Below are positions 52,747 to 64,000 of a stretch of 64,000 nucleotides of DNA, piece by piece. The notes beneath the pieces are model-generated. The model saw only the letters and a program-made list of their open reading frames with translations. It had not been told where the DNA came from and did not search any database. The DNA comes from Eledone cirrhosa (Eukaryota). Made by a program: the position numbers and the translations under genes. Each line of letters begins with the position of its first letter. Within the stretch, counting starts at the first letter, position 1. The DNA lies in contig OZ024748.1 of assembly GCA_964016885.1 (NCBI GenBank), positions 40,238,001 through 40,302,000 on the forward strand, written 5' to 3'.

Positions 52747-52767
52747 GTCCTTCCTCTTTTAACCAAC

Positions 52768-55700
52768 ATGGCTGATATAAGAGTTGGGTGTCTGAATGTA
52801 CGCAGCCTGGGACTGTCTTGGAAACAAGGCAAACTTTTAAACGATCTCAGGTCGCATAGAATGGATGTAATGGCTATTTGCGAGTCCAGGATCAGCAGCG
52901 AGCACCAACTGGCGCCCCTCTTCGACGACTTTGAAATCTTCGCATCTCTCTGTCAACCGGGGGGTGGGGGTGGAGTTGTCGTTCTGCTGCGAAAACACCT
53001 GGGCCTCGCCATACAGAAGGTGCACCTGGACCCGGAGGGTCGACTGGTGGTTTTAGACGTCGGCAGTAGTGAAAGTGGAGCCCTTAGACTAATAGCTGTG
53101 TACGCCCCTTTTTGGGCAGCACGGCCGGAATACTTCCAACGTCTGGAAACTTTTCTGGGAACGTCCCGCTCCTTGCTTTTAGTGGGGGACTGGAATGGTA
53201 TCCTGGATGCACGTTGGGACTATGTAGGGGCATGTGCCAATAGAGGGGGGTGTAAAAGCCTCAAAAGGTTAATCGGCCGATTTGACCTGGCCGATAGATA
53301 TCGACTAGATTTTCCGACTGTACCACTATGTACGTGGACCAATCGCAGCAGAACATCTAGGTCGTACCTAGATAGGGTCGTAGTTAGAGATAAGGATAGG
53401 GACACATTTAGCAGTCCAAAAATGTTCATGGTTGACTATTCGGATCACAAGTTAGTGACCTGCATAGTCAACCTTGATAGAACCCATAGACAGGGACCCG
53501 GTTACTGGAAGCTGAACTTGTCCTTACCGACATGCAAAGCTTACAGTAAACGGATTAGCACGTTAGTTAAGCAGTGTTTGACAGGGGCAATTGTCAACAA
53601 CAGGTGGTGGAGCTCTCTTAAGAGAGCAATTAGAATAGAATCGATAGGTTTTAGTCAGGAATTAGCAAGGGATAGGAACAAGACGGAAAGGGAATTAGTA
53701 GATAGAGTAGAAGAGGCGATTAGGAGTGGCAATGTAGCCGGCGTGCTGGCATCAAGAATGGCCTTAGACCAGTTCTTTGAGGTGAAGCATGAAGGCTGCG
53801 TTGTCAGGAGTAAAATACGTGCTCTGGGTAATGAGGGAGCCAAAGCTGTGAGCTGGGCCCGAGTGACAGAGGCAAAAAGTGGGAACAAGTCCACGATTCG
53901 GTCTTTGAAGGACTAGGATGGGCGTGTGATCCTTGAACCTGGGCAGATGTGTGCGGCCTTTCAGCGGCACTTTGCAGGGCTGTTCGAGAGGGGCGGCGCG
54001 CCGAGTGAGACTATGGATTTCAATCCATACCTCGACGGTCTGCCGCGCCTCTCGGACGCGGAGGCGAAGTCCTGCGAAAGGACGATTTCAGCTGCTGAGA
54101 TAGGGGCGGCGCTGAGCCAATGCGGCAAACGCAAATCCCCGGGTCTCGATGGTCTACCATACGAGCTATATGTAGCGATGCCGGACTTGTTCTCCGATAT
54201 CGTCGAAGCGGTCTACTGCAACTGGCAGCAGAACGGGAGAATTCCCAGTTCTGTGACCAAGGGCGTAGTTACGCTGGTGAGGAAGGATGAGAACAAGGGG
54301 GATGACATAAGTAACTTCAGGCCCATAACTCTGCTAAATACAGAGTTAAAGATTTTGGCCAAGGTGTTAGCGAAGAGGTTGGCGCTTGTCGTTGGAAACC
54401 TGGTGGGAGAAGCGCAGACATGCGCAATCCATTCACGACAATCTCCACCTTATGCGATACATCATAGAGAGGGTAGGGAATGAACCCGGCTTTGGTGGGG
54501 CCCTGATCAACTTGGATCAATCTAAAGCTTTCGATAGGGTTGACCATCGTTACCTGGATGCGGTGCTCGTGGCGGCAGGCTTCGGACCCCTTTTCAGGGG
54601 TTGGATTGCTGCGATGCACAGCAGCAACGTCTGCTCAAGGGTCAAGGTGAACGGCCACCTCTCGGAGCCGTTCCAAATCATGCGATCCATCCGACAGGGA
54701 TGCCCTCTCTCCTCCCTACTGTATATGCTGGCTCTTGAGCCACTACTGCGGAAGTTGGAGCGGTTGCAGGGCATCCCTTTGGAACCGGGATTGCAGAAAG
54801 CGGCGTCGGCCTACGCCGATGACGTGACAGTAATGGTGTTGAAAACCTCGCAAATCGGTGAGATCGGCACCTTACTGGAGGAATATGAAAGGTTTACAGG
54901 AGCCAAGCTGAACCGGGACAAGTCCGTCGGTTTGCAACTCGGAACATGGAGAGGCAAACCGATGCCCTCCAACGACGTCGTCGGACGCTGGACGGAGGGC
55001 CCGGTGAAGCTGCTTGGGGTCTGGTTCGGACCAGACCTCCAGGTGGAGAAAAACTGGAACGAGGTAACGGCCAGGGTGTTTGCACTCACCCAGAAGTGGG
55101 CCCAGTGCAAACTATCCCTGAAAGGTCGAGCGGAGGTGGCGAATACTTATATAGCATCCGTCATCTACTACCGCTTGACCGTCGTGCCTTGCCCAGTGAA
55201 AAGACTCGCCAAAATGGAGTGCGCGCTGTTCCAATTTCTTTGGAACAAGCGGACCCCTTTGGTGAGGAGATCCATCTGCTGTCAACACCCTTCGAAAGGA
55301 GGGCTGGGGATGCCGTGGCTACAGATGCGTAAACACGCATTAAGGCTACGGCACCTCCAGGTATTCCTCACCGGTCAACCGGTGTGGGCCCCGTTTGTGA
55401 GGCGAGCCTTTCCCAGACTCGTCTCGCTCACCGAGCTGCAATCCTGGGTCAAGCAAAGACCGAGAAAAGTGGGCGACTGGCACATTGAATGTGCCCAGGC
55501 GCTCACGGCCCTCTGGAAAGCGGACCCGGCAATCAGTGGAGACTCCACCTCGACATTCTATAGAGGGCTGGTACGCAGCAGGTGCGACGATGCTCTCGGG
55601 GAAGCTCTAGGCATGGAGGAAGATGAACTGGCCAGTCTGTTCGGTAGGACGTTTGGCCCTGGACCGATGGACAACTTCCAAAAGTCCCTGGGTTGGCAGT

Positions 55701-56194
55701 GCTACCGAGGGGCTCTACCCGTTCGAAACAAGCTCCACAGGCATGGGAGCCTGGGTAGAGATCCTTTGAATAAGATCTGTCCGAGATGCGTGCATGATGA
55801 CGAAACCGTTGCGCACGCATTCGTACACTGCCCAGGCATTGCTGACCTGTGGGGCTATGTGGAACGACTACTGTCGAGGGTGGGACCAATCCGGTTGACC
55901 ACCGAGTCCATTGTCACGATCAAACCGCCTCCCCCTTTCAAAAACGAAGGAGAGGCGGTTTTTCTCTGTGTGATAGCCATGGCTAAAGAAGTTGTATGGT
56001 GGACGAGGCTGAAAGGGCTGAGGTCAGACACCTTTCTCTCAGGCCAACAACTGGTCCCCTTTTTCAAATACCATTTTAAAAGAAGGATCAGAATGGAGAG
56101 AGAGGTGCTCTACCCCAGCAAGTTTTATGAAAGGTGGGTGAAAGTAGGGAGAATGGCCAGAGTGAATGGGTCTTCTCTCTATATCAGCCTGTAG
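52768..56194 (+). pseudogene. ORF2 (APE endonuclease, RT, zinc finger), with one stop and a 10-bp deletion
   Basis: CLNVRSL, GDWN, SYLDR, SDH; SPGLDG, RPITLLN, DQSKAFDRV, QGCPLS, YADD; CPRC..DDETVAHAFVHC. TAG at 53914 where copy 2 has CAG; deletion near 54430. Confidence 0.92.
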
Positions 56195-56430
56195 GTAAAA
56201 GAAGAGGAAAAAGAGGAGACGAGGGAAGCACCTACTCTTTGTGCTCCTGAGGAGAAGGGTTGCACATTTTTTCCGGGGTGTGTGCGACCCATGTTAATGC
56301 CCCCTCCCTATTGAGGACTTCGTTTGTTGTTGTTATTTCATTGTTATATTTTTGTACTCGTTAATTATATGTAAACTTCCCCCCTTGTATCTGTCCCTAC
56401 CTTTTGTGCCCTAGTGGCAAATAAAGAAAC

Positions 56431-56782
56431 CACTCTATATATACTATTGTACTTTCACAGTAAAGGCTTTACCTCACATAATATCTCACATAATATTTAC
56501 ATTACTCTATATATACTATTGTATTTTCACAGTAAAGGCTTTACCTCACATAATATCTCACATAATGTTTACATTACTCTATATATACTATTGTATTTTT
56601 ACAGTAAAGGCTTTACCTCACAATATCTTTCATAACATTTACATTACTCTATATATACTATTGTATTTTCACAGTAAAGGCTTTACCTCACATAATATCT
56701 CACATAACATTTACATTACTCTATATATACTATTGTATTTTCACAGTAAAAGCTTTACCTCACATAATATCTCACATAACAT
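56431..56782 (+). repeat. 72-bp tandem repeat (~5 units) between the two LINEs
   Basis: Same unit as in the MITE at 9999-10562. Confidence 0.95.
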
Positions 56783-59700
56783 CTCGTATACGAGAGACGT
56801 GTGCTGACGTGTGTGAACAAGCTCGGCTACCGAGTTGGATTTACTTACTCAAAAGTGAGTTTTGATTAATTTTTTTATACTGTAATATACGTTAACCCCT
56901 TGCCTTGGTCGTCAAACTTTGAGTTTATTTATTTTCGCTCCTTTTTGGGGCGAATTTTCCAGTTAAAAATTTATTACGGCAAACTGATAGAAATGGACGG
57001 AATTTTCACATCTCATCCTAACGTGAAAGCCACGCCCCCTAAGAAAGGTGATACAGAGAAGCTAGAAGCACAAGGCTCTAAGTCTTCCCTCCTCACTTCT
57101 GCAAAAGAAACATGGAACACGGAATTAAAAGAGACATTTGTAAAAATGGGTGAAAACCCAGAAAGTCACATAAACGCAGACAAAAACAACAATGACAATA
57201 ACAGAAATAGTCACAACCAAGGAAAAAATAACGATAACACCAAACAAAGCGAACCCACTACTGGTGCCTCCTTTGCAAAGGCGGTCCGGAAAACACAGAC
57301 CTGCAAGCAACTGGACATTACAACTCTGAGAGAAAAGATGAAGGAAGCAAAACAGTATGTAACTTTCAAAGAAGGAGGAGACTTCACAATCACCTCACCA
57401 CAAGAAATCAAAAGAGACACGACACTAAGAACGATATCTTTCAGAACAATTTCCAACATAACAAGGAAACCAGCTCAATTATCCCCAAAAGAGATTGAGC
57501 TAGTCCTAAAAAATGTGTGGAGTGATATATCGTTCATACAAAAAGGGCCACTCTATGGGAATATAACGGTGCTAATGAAGGATCAATTGACGGCCAGGAA
57601 ATACTCTGTGGCGCCAATTGTTTCCAAGCTACACACATTTTTCCCCACATATTTGGGGAAAAGAACGCAGAAAATAAGAGTCTCCGGAATCCGGCCAAAT
57701 GCATGCATTTCCTGGGTACTAACAGGATTTTTAGAAGACGAGGACGGAATCCTCTCAGTAGGAGAAGTCACCACAGACGTTTTCGGCGGTTTGGGCGTGG
57801 AGGTTCTGGTCCAAATGAGACCAGAACGAATAGCTAGAATACCACAGAGGGTGTCCCTCAATGGAGAAACATTTATATACATTTCAGCCGAGGGTAGGAG
57901 GCCCATATGTTACTACTATTCAAGCAGGGGTCATCTAAGGGCTGCCTGTCCTCAATTGACAAAAAAAAGGCACTTTTGCCTACACCCCACACACCACCAT
58001 CGCCACCACCTCCACCACCACCACCACCACCACCACCACCACCACCACCACCACAACAGCAACAAAAACAACACGGAAAAATAACACAAGACACGGCCCC
58101 ACCCAAAACAACTCCAAAAACACACACAAACACAATAAAACCCCAAAATACACCACTACCCGACAGCACGGACGAGGACCCAGCTGAAACGGCACCTAGA
58201 GACGAAGAGGGGGGACCCTTGCAACCTGTAAAAAGGAAAAAAAGAAAGCACCACTCGAACATAAACGAAACAAACACACAACCACCAACAAAAACAAAAC
58301 AAACAGAACAAACAAAATCCGCCCCACCCCAAAACATAACGCATACAACAAAACGCAAGCACACACAAGACAACAAACAAACACAACACAAATAAAACAG
58401 TATACATATATTGACACAAATAACAAAGAAGTAGTAAAAACAATACACAAAGACCCTTCGGTGGAAACTGAAGGGCAATTCTTTGCAAGCGCGGCCAACA
58501 AACCGCATTTAAAAATAAGACTCCCAGTGGACACCTATGCAAAACTAAGAGAGAACTTTCCTGAGGACGTGGGGAAAACATGTACTCGAACCTATAACCG
58601 CGTCCTCTTGAAACGTTTCCCCACCCACACCTCACCAAACACCCCCACCCCACCAAACAACCCCTCCAATACGCCCATGGATATTGTGCAACCTGCTCCT
58701 CAGGAGCCGAACAGGTAGGTCCTTCCTCTTTTAACCAACATGGCTGATATAAGAGTTGGGTGTCTGAATGTACGCGGCCTGGGACTGTCTTGGAAACAAG
58801 GCAAACTTTTAAACGATCTCAGTCGCATAGAATGGATGTAATGGCTATTTGCGAGTCCAGGATCAGCAGCGAGCACCAACTGGCGCCCCTCTTCGACGAC
58901 TTTGAGATCTTCGCATCTCTCTGTCAACCGGGGGGTGGGGGTGGAGTTGTCGTTCTGCTGCGAAAACACCTTGGCCTCGCCATACAGAAGGTGCACCTGG
59001 ACCCGGAGGGTCGACTGGTGGTTTTAGACGTCGGCAGTAGTGAAAGTGGAGCCCTTAGACTAATTGCTGTGTACACCCCTTTTTGGGCAGCGCGGCCGGA
59101 CTACTTCCAACGTCTGGAAACTTTTCAGGGAACGTCCCGCTCCTTGCTTTTAGTGGGGGACTGGAATGGTATCCTGGATGCACGTTGGGACTATGTAGGG
59201 GCATGTGCCAATAGAGGGGGGGGGGGTAAAAGCCTCAAAAGGTTAATCGGCCGATTTGACCTGGCCGATAGATATCGACTAGATTTACCACTATGGACGT
59301 GGACCAATCGCAGCAGAACATCTAGGTCGTACCTAGATAGGGTCCTAGTTAGAGATAAGGATAGGGACGCATTTAGCTGTCCAAAAATGTTCATGGTTGA
59401 CTATTCGGATCACAAGTTAGTGACATGCATAGTCAACCTTGATAGAACCCATAGACAGGGACCCGGTTACTGGAAGCTGAACTTGTCCTTACCGACAAGC
59501 AAAGCTTACAGTAAACGGATTAGCACGTTAGTTAAGCAGTGTTTGACAGGGGCAATTGTCAACAACAGGTGGTGGAGCTCTCTTAAGAGAGCAATTAGAA
59601 TAGAATCGATAGGTTTTAGTCAGGAATTAGCAAGGGATAAGAACAAGACGGAAAGGGAATTAGTAGATAGAGTAGAAGAGGCGATTAGGAGTGGCAATGT

Positions 59701-62410
59701 AGCCAGCGTGCTGGCATCAAGAATGGCCTTAGACCAGTTCTTTGATGTGAAGCATGAGGGCTGCGTTGTCAGGAGTAAAATACGTGCTCTGGGTAATGAG
59801 GGAGCCAAAGCTGTTAGCTGGGCCCGAGTGACAGAAGCAAAAAGTGGGAACAAGTCCACGATTCGGTCTTTGAAGGACCAGGATGGGCGTGTGATCCTTG
59901 AACCTGGGCAGATGTGTGTGGCCTTTCAGCGGCACTTTGCACGACTATTCGAGAGGGGCGGCGCGCCGAGTGAGACTATGGATTTCAATCCATACCTCGA
60001 CGGTCTGCCGCGCCTCTCGGACGCGGAGGCGAAGTCCTGCGAAAGGCCGATTTCAGCTGTTGAGATAGGGGCGGCGCTGAGCCAATGCGGCAAACGCAAA
60101 TCCCCGGGGCTCGATGGTCTACCATACGAGCTATATGTAGCGATGCCGGACTTGTTCTCCGATATCCTCGAAGCGGTCTACTGCAACTGGCAGCAGAACG
60201 GGAGAATTCCCAGTTCTGTGACCAACCAAGGGCGTAGTTACGCTGGTGAGGAAGGATGAGAACAAGGGGGATGACATAAGTAACTTCAGGCCCATAACTC
60301 TGCTAAATACAGAGTTAAAGATTTTGGCCAAGGTGTTAGCGAAGAGGTTGGCGCTTGTCGTCGGAAACCTGGTGGGAGAAGCGCAGACATGCGCAATCCC
60401 GTCCAGGTCCATTCACGACAAACTCCACCTTATGCGATACATCATAGAGAGGGTAGGGAATGAACCCGGCTTTGGTGGGTCCCTGATCAACTTGGATCAA
60501 TCTAAAGCTTTCGATAGGGTTGACCATCGTTACCTCGATGCGGTGCTCGTGGCGGAAGGCTTCGGACCCGTTTTCAGGGGTTGGATTGCTGCGATGCACA
60601 GCAGCAACGTCTGCTCAAGGGTCAAGGTGAACGGCCACCTCTCGGAGCCGTTCCAAATCATGCGATCCATCCGACAGAGATGCCCTCTCTCCTCCCTTCT
60701 GTATGTGCTGGCTCTTGAGCTACTACTGCGGAAGTTGGAGCGGTTGCAGGGCATCCCTTTGGAACCGGGATTGCAGAAAGCGGCGTCGGCCTACGCCGAT
60801 GACGTGACAGTAATGGTGTTGAAAACCTCGCAAATCGGTGAGATCGGCACCTTGCTGGAGGAATATGAAAGGTTTACAGGAGCGAAGCTGAACCGGGACA
60901 AGTCCGTCGGTTTGCAACTCGGAACATGGAGTGGCAAACCGATTCCCTCCAACGACGTCGTCGGACGCTGGACGGAGGGCCCGGTGAAGCTGCTTGGGGT
61001 CTGGTTCGGACCAGACCTCCAGGTGGAGAAAAACTGGAACGAGGTAACGGCCAGGGTGTTTGCACTCACCCAGAAGTGGGCCCAGTGCAAACTATCCCTG
61101 AAAGGTCGAGCGGAGGTGGCGAATACTTATATAGCATCCGTCATCTACTACCGCTTGACCGTCGTGCCTTGCCCAGTGAAAAGACTCGCCAAAATGGAGT
61201 GCGCGCTGTTCCAATTTCTTTGGAACAAGCGGACCCCTTTGGTGAGGAGATCCATCTGCTGTCAACACCCTTCGAAAGGAGGGCTGGGGATGCCGTGGCT
61301 ACAGATGCGTAAACACGCATTAAGGCTACGGCACCTCCAGGTATTCCTCACCGGTCAACCGGTGTGGGCCCCGTTTGTGAGGCGAGCCTTTCCCAGACTC
61401 GTCTCGCTCACCGAGCTGCAATCCTGGGTCAAGCAAAGACCGAGAAAAGTGGGCGACTGGCACATTGAATGTGCCCAGGCGCTCACGGCCCTCTGGAAAG
61501 CGGACCCGGCAATCAGTGGAGACTCCACCTCGACATTCTATAGAGGGTATGGTACGCAGCAGGTGCGACGATGCTCTCGGAGAAGCTCTAGGCATGGAGG
61601 AAGATGAACTGGCCAGTCTGTTCGGTAGGACGTTTGGCCCTGGACCAATGGACAACTTCCAAAAGTCCCTGGCTTGGCAGTGCTACCGAAGGGGCTCTAC
61701 CCGTTCGAGACAAGCTCCACAGGCATGGGAGCCTGGGTAGGGATCCTTTGAATAAGATCTGTCCGAGATGCGTGCATGACGACGAAACCGTTGCGCACGC
61801 ATTCGTACACTGCCAAGGCATTGCTGACCTGTGGGGCTATGTGGAACGACTACTGTCGAGGGTGGCACCAATCCGGTTGACCACCGAGTCCATTGTCACG
61901 ATCAAACCGCCTCCCCCTTTCAAAAACGAAGGAGAGGCGGTTTTTCTCTGTGTGATAGCCATGGCTAAAGAAGTTGTATGGTGGACGAGGCTGAAAGGGC
62001 TGAGGTCAGACACCTTTCTCTCCGGCCAACAACTGGTCCCCTTTTTCAAATACCATTTTAAAAGAAGGATCAGAATGGAGAGAGAGGTGCTCTACCCCAG
62101 CAAGTTTTATGAAAGGTGGGTGAAAGTAGGGAGAATGGCCAGAGTGAATGGGTCTTCTCTCTATATCAGCCTGTAGGTGAAAGAAGAGGAAAAAGAGGAG
62201 ACGAGGGAAGCACCTACTCTTTGTGCTCCTGAGGAGAAGGGTTGCACATTTTTTCCGGGGTGTGTGCGACCCATGTTAATGCCCCCTCCCTATTGAAGAC
62301 TTCGTTTGTTGTTGTTATTTCATTGTTATATTTTTGTACTTGTTAATTATATGTAAACTTCCCCCTTGTATCTGTCCCTACCTTTTGTGCCCTGGTGGCA
62401 AATAAAGAAA
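56783..62410 (+). mobile_element. Tx1/L1-clade non-LTR retrotransposon, copy 2, full length
   Basis: Highly similar to copy 1, with the same junctions; different ORF2 lesions (frameshifts near 58822, 60225, 61548, 61689). Confidence 0.92.
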
Positions 62411-62411
62411 T

Positions 62412-63455
62412 CACTCTATATATACTATTGTATTTTCACAGTAATCTCACATAACATTTATATTACACTATATATACTATTGTATTTCCACAGTAAAGGC
62501 TTCACCTCACATAATATCTCACATAACATTTACATTACTCTATTGTATTTTCACAGTAAAAGCTTTCCCTCACATAATATCTCACATAACATTTACATTA
62601 CTCTATATATACTATTGTATTTTCATGGTAAAGGCTTTACCTCACACAATATCTCATATAACATTTACATTACACTATATATACTATTGTATTTTCATAG
62701 TAAAGACTTTACCTCACATAATATCTCACATAACGTTTACATTACTCTATATATACTATTGTATTTTCACAGTAAAGGCTTTACCTCACATAATATCTCA
62801 CATAACATTTACATTACACTATATTTACTATTGTATTTTCATAGTAAAGGCTTTACCTCACATAATATCTCATATAACATTTACATTACTCTATATATAC
62901 TATTGTATTTTCACAGTAAAGGCTTTACCTCACATAATATCTCACATAACATTTACATTACACTATATTTACTATTGTATTTTCATAGTAAAGGCTTTAC
63001 CTCACATAATATCTCACATAACATTTACATTACTCTATATATACTATTGTATTTTCACAGTAAAGGCTTTACCTCACATAATATCTCACATAATATTTAC
63101 ATTACACTATATTTACTATTGTATTTTCATAGTAAAGGCTTTACCTCACATAATATCTCATATAACATTTACATTACTCTATATATACTATTGTATTTTC
63201 ACAGTAAAGGCTTTACCTCACATAATATCTCACATAACATTTACATTACTCTATATATACTATTGTATTTTCACAGTAAAGGCTTTACCTCACATAATAT
63301 CTCACATAACATTTACATTACTCTATATATACTATTGTATTTTCACAGTAAAGGCTTTACCTCACATAATATCTCACATAACATTTAATTACTCTATATA
63401 TACTATTGTATTTTTTACAGTAAAGGCTTTACCTCACATAATATCTCACATAATA
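62412..63455 (+). repeat. 72-bp tandem repeat (~14-15 units)
   Basis: Gives 24-aa periodic spurious ORFs; same unit as above. Confidence 0.96.
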
Positions 63456-64000
63456 CTGAATTTATGAAATTTTGATATTACATACTTTGAGAACAATACC
63501 TTAACATTAGTGGCCCGTTACAACCAGTTTGAACAGAAAGAGGTGAGAGATTTCTGGCCGGCTTCGGCCAGTTTAAATAAATTCAGCTAAAAGGAATTAC
63601 AGAGTCTACACCATTTTTACAAACCAGCTATATAATGGTTGTTTGTATTGTATATAGGAGGTGGCAAATTGGCAGAGTCATTAGAATGTAAGGTAGAATA
63701 TTTTACAGTATTTGTTCCAGCTTTCTGAGTTCAAATACCACTGACGTTAACTTTGCCTTTTATCCTTTTGAGGTTGATAAAAAGAAGTACCAGTCTAGTA
63801 CTGGGGTCAGTTCTTCCCCTATGTTTCTTTCTCACTCTCTATCCTTCTCTGGAAGAAATCTGCTGTGTTTAGAACGTCCTGTGGTAGTGCACCAGAGCAC
63901 TATTTACAATAATTTTCATGCCTTTCATCCTTACGGGGTCAATAAAATAAAGTACCAGTAATACACTGGTTAATTACTGGCCTTGTGCCAAAAGTAGAAA

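Larger units (their letters stand above)
50798..56429 (+). mobile_element. Tx1/L1-clade non-LTR retrotransposon, copy 1, full length
   Basis: ORF1 with a zinc knuckle; ORF2 with APE-RT-CCHC; 3' end AATAAAGAAA. Confidence 0.92.
50715..63578 (+). mobile_element. piggyBac-like MITE expanded by a 72-bp array and two LINE insertions
   Basis: Left end TTAA|ACCTTTATCATTTACA matches the MITE terminus at 34901-34916 (reverse). The right body 63455-63578 matches 10430-10553 and 36630-36756. Confidence 0.75.

Noticed and set aside
62366-63467. 340-aa and 280-aa periodic ORFs (also 42699-43510, 32822-33157, 8429-8650)
   Set aside because: Stop-free frames of 72-, 48- and 21-bp tandem repeats.

Overview
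This is AT-rich, repeat-dense animal DNA; the SINE and microsatellite landscape suggests a cephalopod such as Octopus (inference). Host genes are sparse: the first coding exon of a STAT-family gene (minus strand, 9779-9912) with a candidate upstream exon and promoter near 12.8-13.0 kb, and an intact single-ORF STPR-repeat protein (40017-40655, minus). The rest is mobile DNA and satellites: two non-autonomous Helitrons, a decayed 4.1-kb Gypsy LTR element nested in a CRE-like RLE fragment, a DD37D/maT transposon, hAT-, piggyBac- and Tc1-type MITEs, tRNA-derived SINEs, a near-complete Penelope-like element (PLE) and two Tx1/L1-clade LINEs. Two signals stand out. (1) A nearly homogeneous 310-bp tandem array (1-2045) carries a minimal hammerhead ribozyme plus many hairpins in every unit, i.e. 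a retrozyme-like candidate source of circular RNA; two further hammerhead families and one remnant occur elsewhere in the window, mostly next to (TA)n. (2) Two Tx1-like LINEs sit at the identical position of a 72-bp repeat inside a TTAA-type MITE, inflating a ~0.2-kb element to ~12.9 kb. All structures and motifs were read by eye; no database searches or folding programs were run.
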